Source: Williopsis jadinii
Lineage: Eukaryota
NCBI GenBank assembly: GCA_024346625.1
Contig: AP024666.1
Location: forward strand, 682,001-746,000
Reading direction: 5' to 3'
Length of the DNA stretch: 64,000 nt
Under the pieces are notes generated by a model. It worked only from the letters and a program-made list of their open reading frames with translations, searched no databases and was not told where the DNA came from. Every line of letters starts with the position of its first letter. Position 1 is the stretch's first letter. This document shows, in pieces, positions 63,601 through 64,000 of the stretch. The position numbers were made by a program, and so were the translations under genes.

Positions 63601-64000
63601 CTAGTTCAGCAGTTTCAATGAAGGGCAAATCTTTGCAATAAATATTCAGTTCATCGTTGTAGTAGATGATTTTACCATCAGTGGTCATTTGAGGGATCCA
63701 GATAGGAACCATCGATGAACCTGTGGAGTTGAAGATGTTTTCTGCTTCAGCAGTGGACACAAGTTGAATTTTGTCCAACGAAACATCCGGTAATCCGTTG
63801 TTTCCAGAGCTCTTACGGTTGTTCTGATCCTTCTGTTGTGATTGTACCTGTTGTGCCTGTTGTGCTTGTTGTGATTGTTGCGGTTGTGGCTGCTGTGGCT
63901 GCACTTCTGGTTGTTGCAGTTGCTGTTGTGATGAAGAGTACCTTGTTTCATCTTCTTTGGTACTGCTGTGCTCAGACGTAAAGCTCACATTGGAGTTCTT
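60626..64000 (-). CDS. CDC25: Ras guanine nucleotide exchange factor Cdc25 (5' end outside window)
   Basis: REM domain (KGGTREALVQRLT, FLTTFRS), RasGEF domain (NNYSSMTAIVSAL, PCVPFLGVFLSDLTF); frame open to window edge. Confidence 0.92.
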   Translation of the reverse strand, partial: KNSNVSFTSEHSSTKEDETRYSSSQQQLQQPEVQPQQPQPQQSQQAQQAQQVQSQQKDQNNRKSSGNNGLPDVSLDKIQLVSTAEAENIFNSTGSSMVPIWIPQMTTDGKIIYYNDELNIYCKDLPFIETAELDEGSVIKVPTKEQNPRTLAVVNLHKAHVDVGTVKSRSSMTRTISGSGSISGSVSGSVSGSVPGSVPTSELKNSSKENVSVGSSLPSTNTVHPWNSALYCIPDLFYYDPPDITTWPALRDAFVHFLQLALESLKKKSDSLFHAHFNIASRIGALINLSARLAQHDLQKSGSQRRVQKRLKSIASSIAQVGINGNLFLSEDAKDRQTSTSTQSSEHTDGTESTLRRSSSGNASVYLDQVEIEVENLKRNAIKCIKVFMQISSNNFNEHYYLPQVYPRFLTGFFSGGNWRNPFVPEPKDPFAGKQMSGTTTQKKRIKTILDQDNYELLEARKMELIDCGEDLLEMLKSPKSEKRNIEILEKLHKSLSITSSMIDKIEGLDFSVFLKNRRDSMTGDFDTARMIYPLLSEFFEAKQATRDALITVVMEAQNITLTDASMFRSVREDDREAPKTTTEHEKAAKQIQVELQKLDVDFDDGISVNNDDKLSESLANAIDALDVLTALVSQLVSEREAYINYASRLLGDDTAYDYIPADREDSTVTDEYALPASATGRHERRNEPWYLESEEFNLIFSDKDTVKGGTREALVQRLTHHELLDATFNLTFLTTFRSMMTATELITMLVKRFNIEPPENLSYEDYSHWLEVKSYPIKLRVVNIMKSLLNKYWTPAYDEPQLPSIWGKFIDGLLQEQFPGSEQLARLFKDKVLGADLSSQNFQAKPKSISSKSKKMKLLDIDPAELANQLTIKESRLYNQISQIECLDKCWNNKYGSLGGFQHLQEFISNSNDLTNFVSYTIVSQTDIKKRVNVIKYWVQVAEKCDQLNNYSSMTAIVSALYSSPVHRLSKTWDLVPAGSMNIMNKLNDLMNSSRNFSEYREHLRFISDKPCVPFLGVFLSDLTFTTNGNSDHLHGDAKLVNFAKRSKTLSILREMSRYQNVKYNLKVNDDIQDFITYRLSDLESIDEQYSRSLVIEPRVKVAKKQTMAATRPQRLSILPYMG

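Overview
Eukaryotic, gene-dense budding-yeast (Saccharomycotina) chromosomal segment using the standard genetic code: CTG falls at conserved Leu positions, e.g. VLLMG in GTR2. Short spliceosomal introns with mixed 5' splice sites suggest a non-WGD, non-CTG yeast, possibly Phaffomycetaceae (inference). About 29 protein-coding genes, in order: YPQ-type PQ-loop transporter, MSH2, NPY1, HRR25, COG5, HOS4-like, SAE2, AGC1, SDD4-like transcription factor, NSA2, LCP5, ECM15, CDH1, DUF4112-like, TYW3, GTR2, JEN1-like, a Crz1-related C2H2 factor, an orphan, KNS1, COX19, a membrane protein proposed as a divergent Atg39-like autophagy receptor, NUP49, two tandem PRY/CAP genes, CDA, a Ser-rich orphan, IMH1 and a 5'-truncated CDC25. 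Eight introns were read by hand; they correct seven ORF-track gene models. No tRNA, rRNA, CRISPR or intact transposon was found. Most notable: (1) an Atg39-like candidate supported by motifs, topology and synteny; (2) an Npy1 with a PTS2 instead of a PTS1; (3) a stop-free in-frame intron in JEN1; (4) a possible mitochondrial presequence on Ecm15; (5) a PRY paralog missing part of the sterol-binding loop, with a perfect X-box upstream; (6) an AT-rich island with possible decayed Mutator-like motifs. Gene names rest on motif recognition and recalled S. cerevisiae gene order; no database searches were run.
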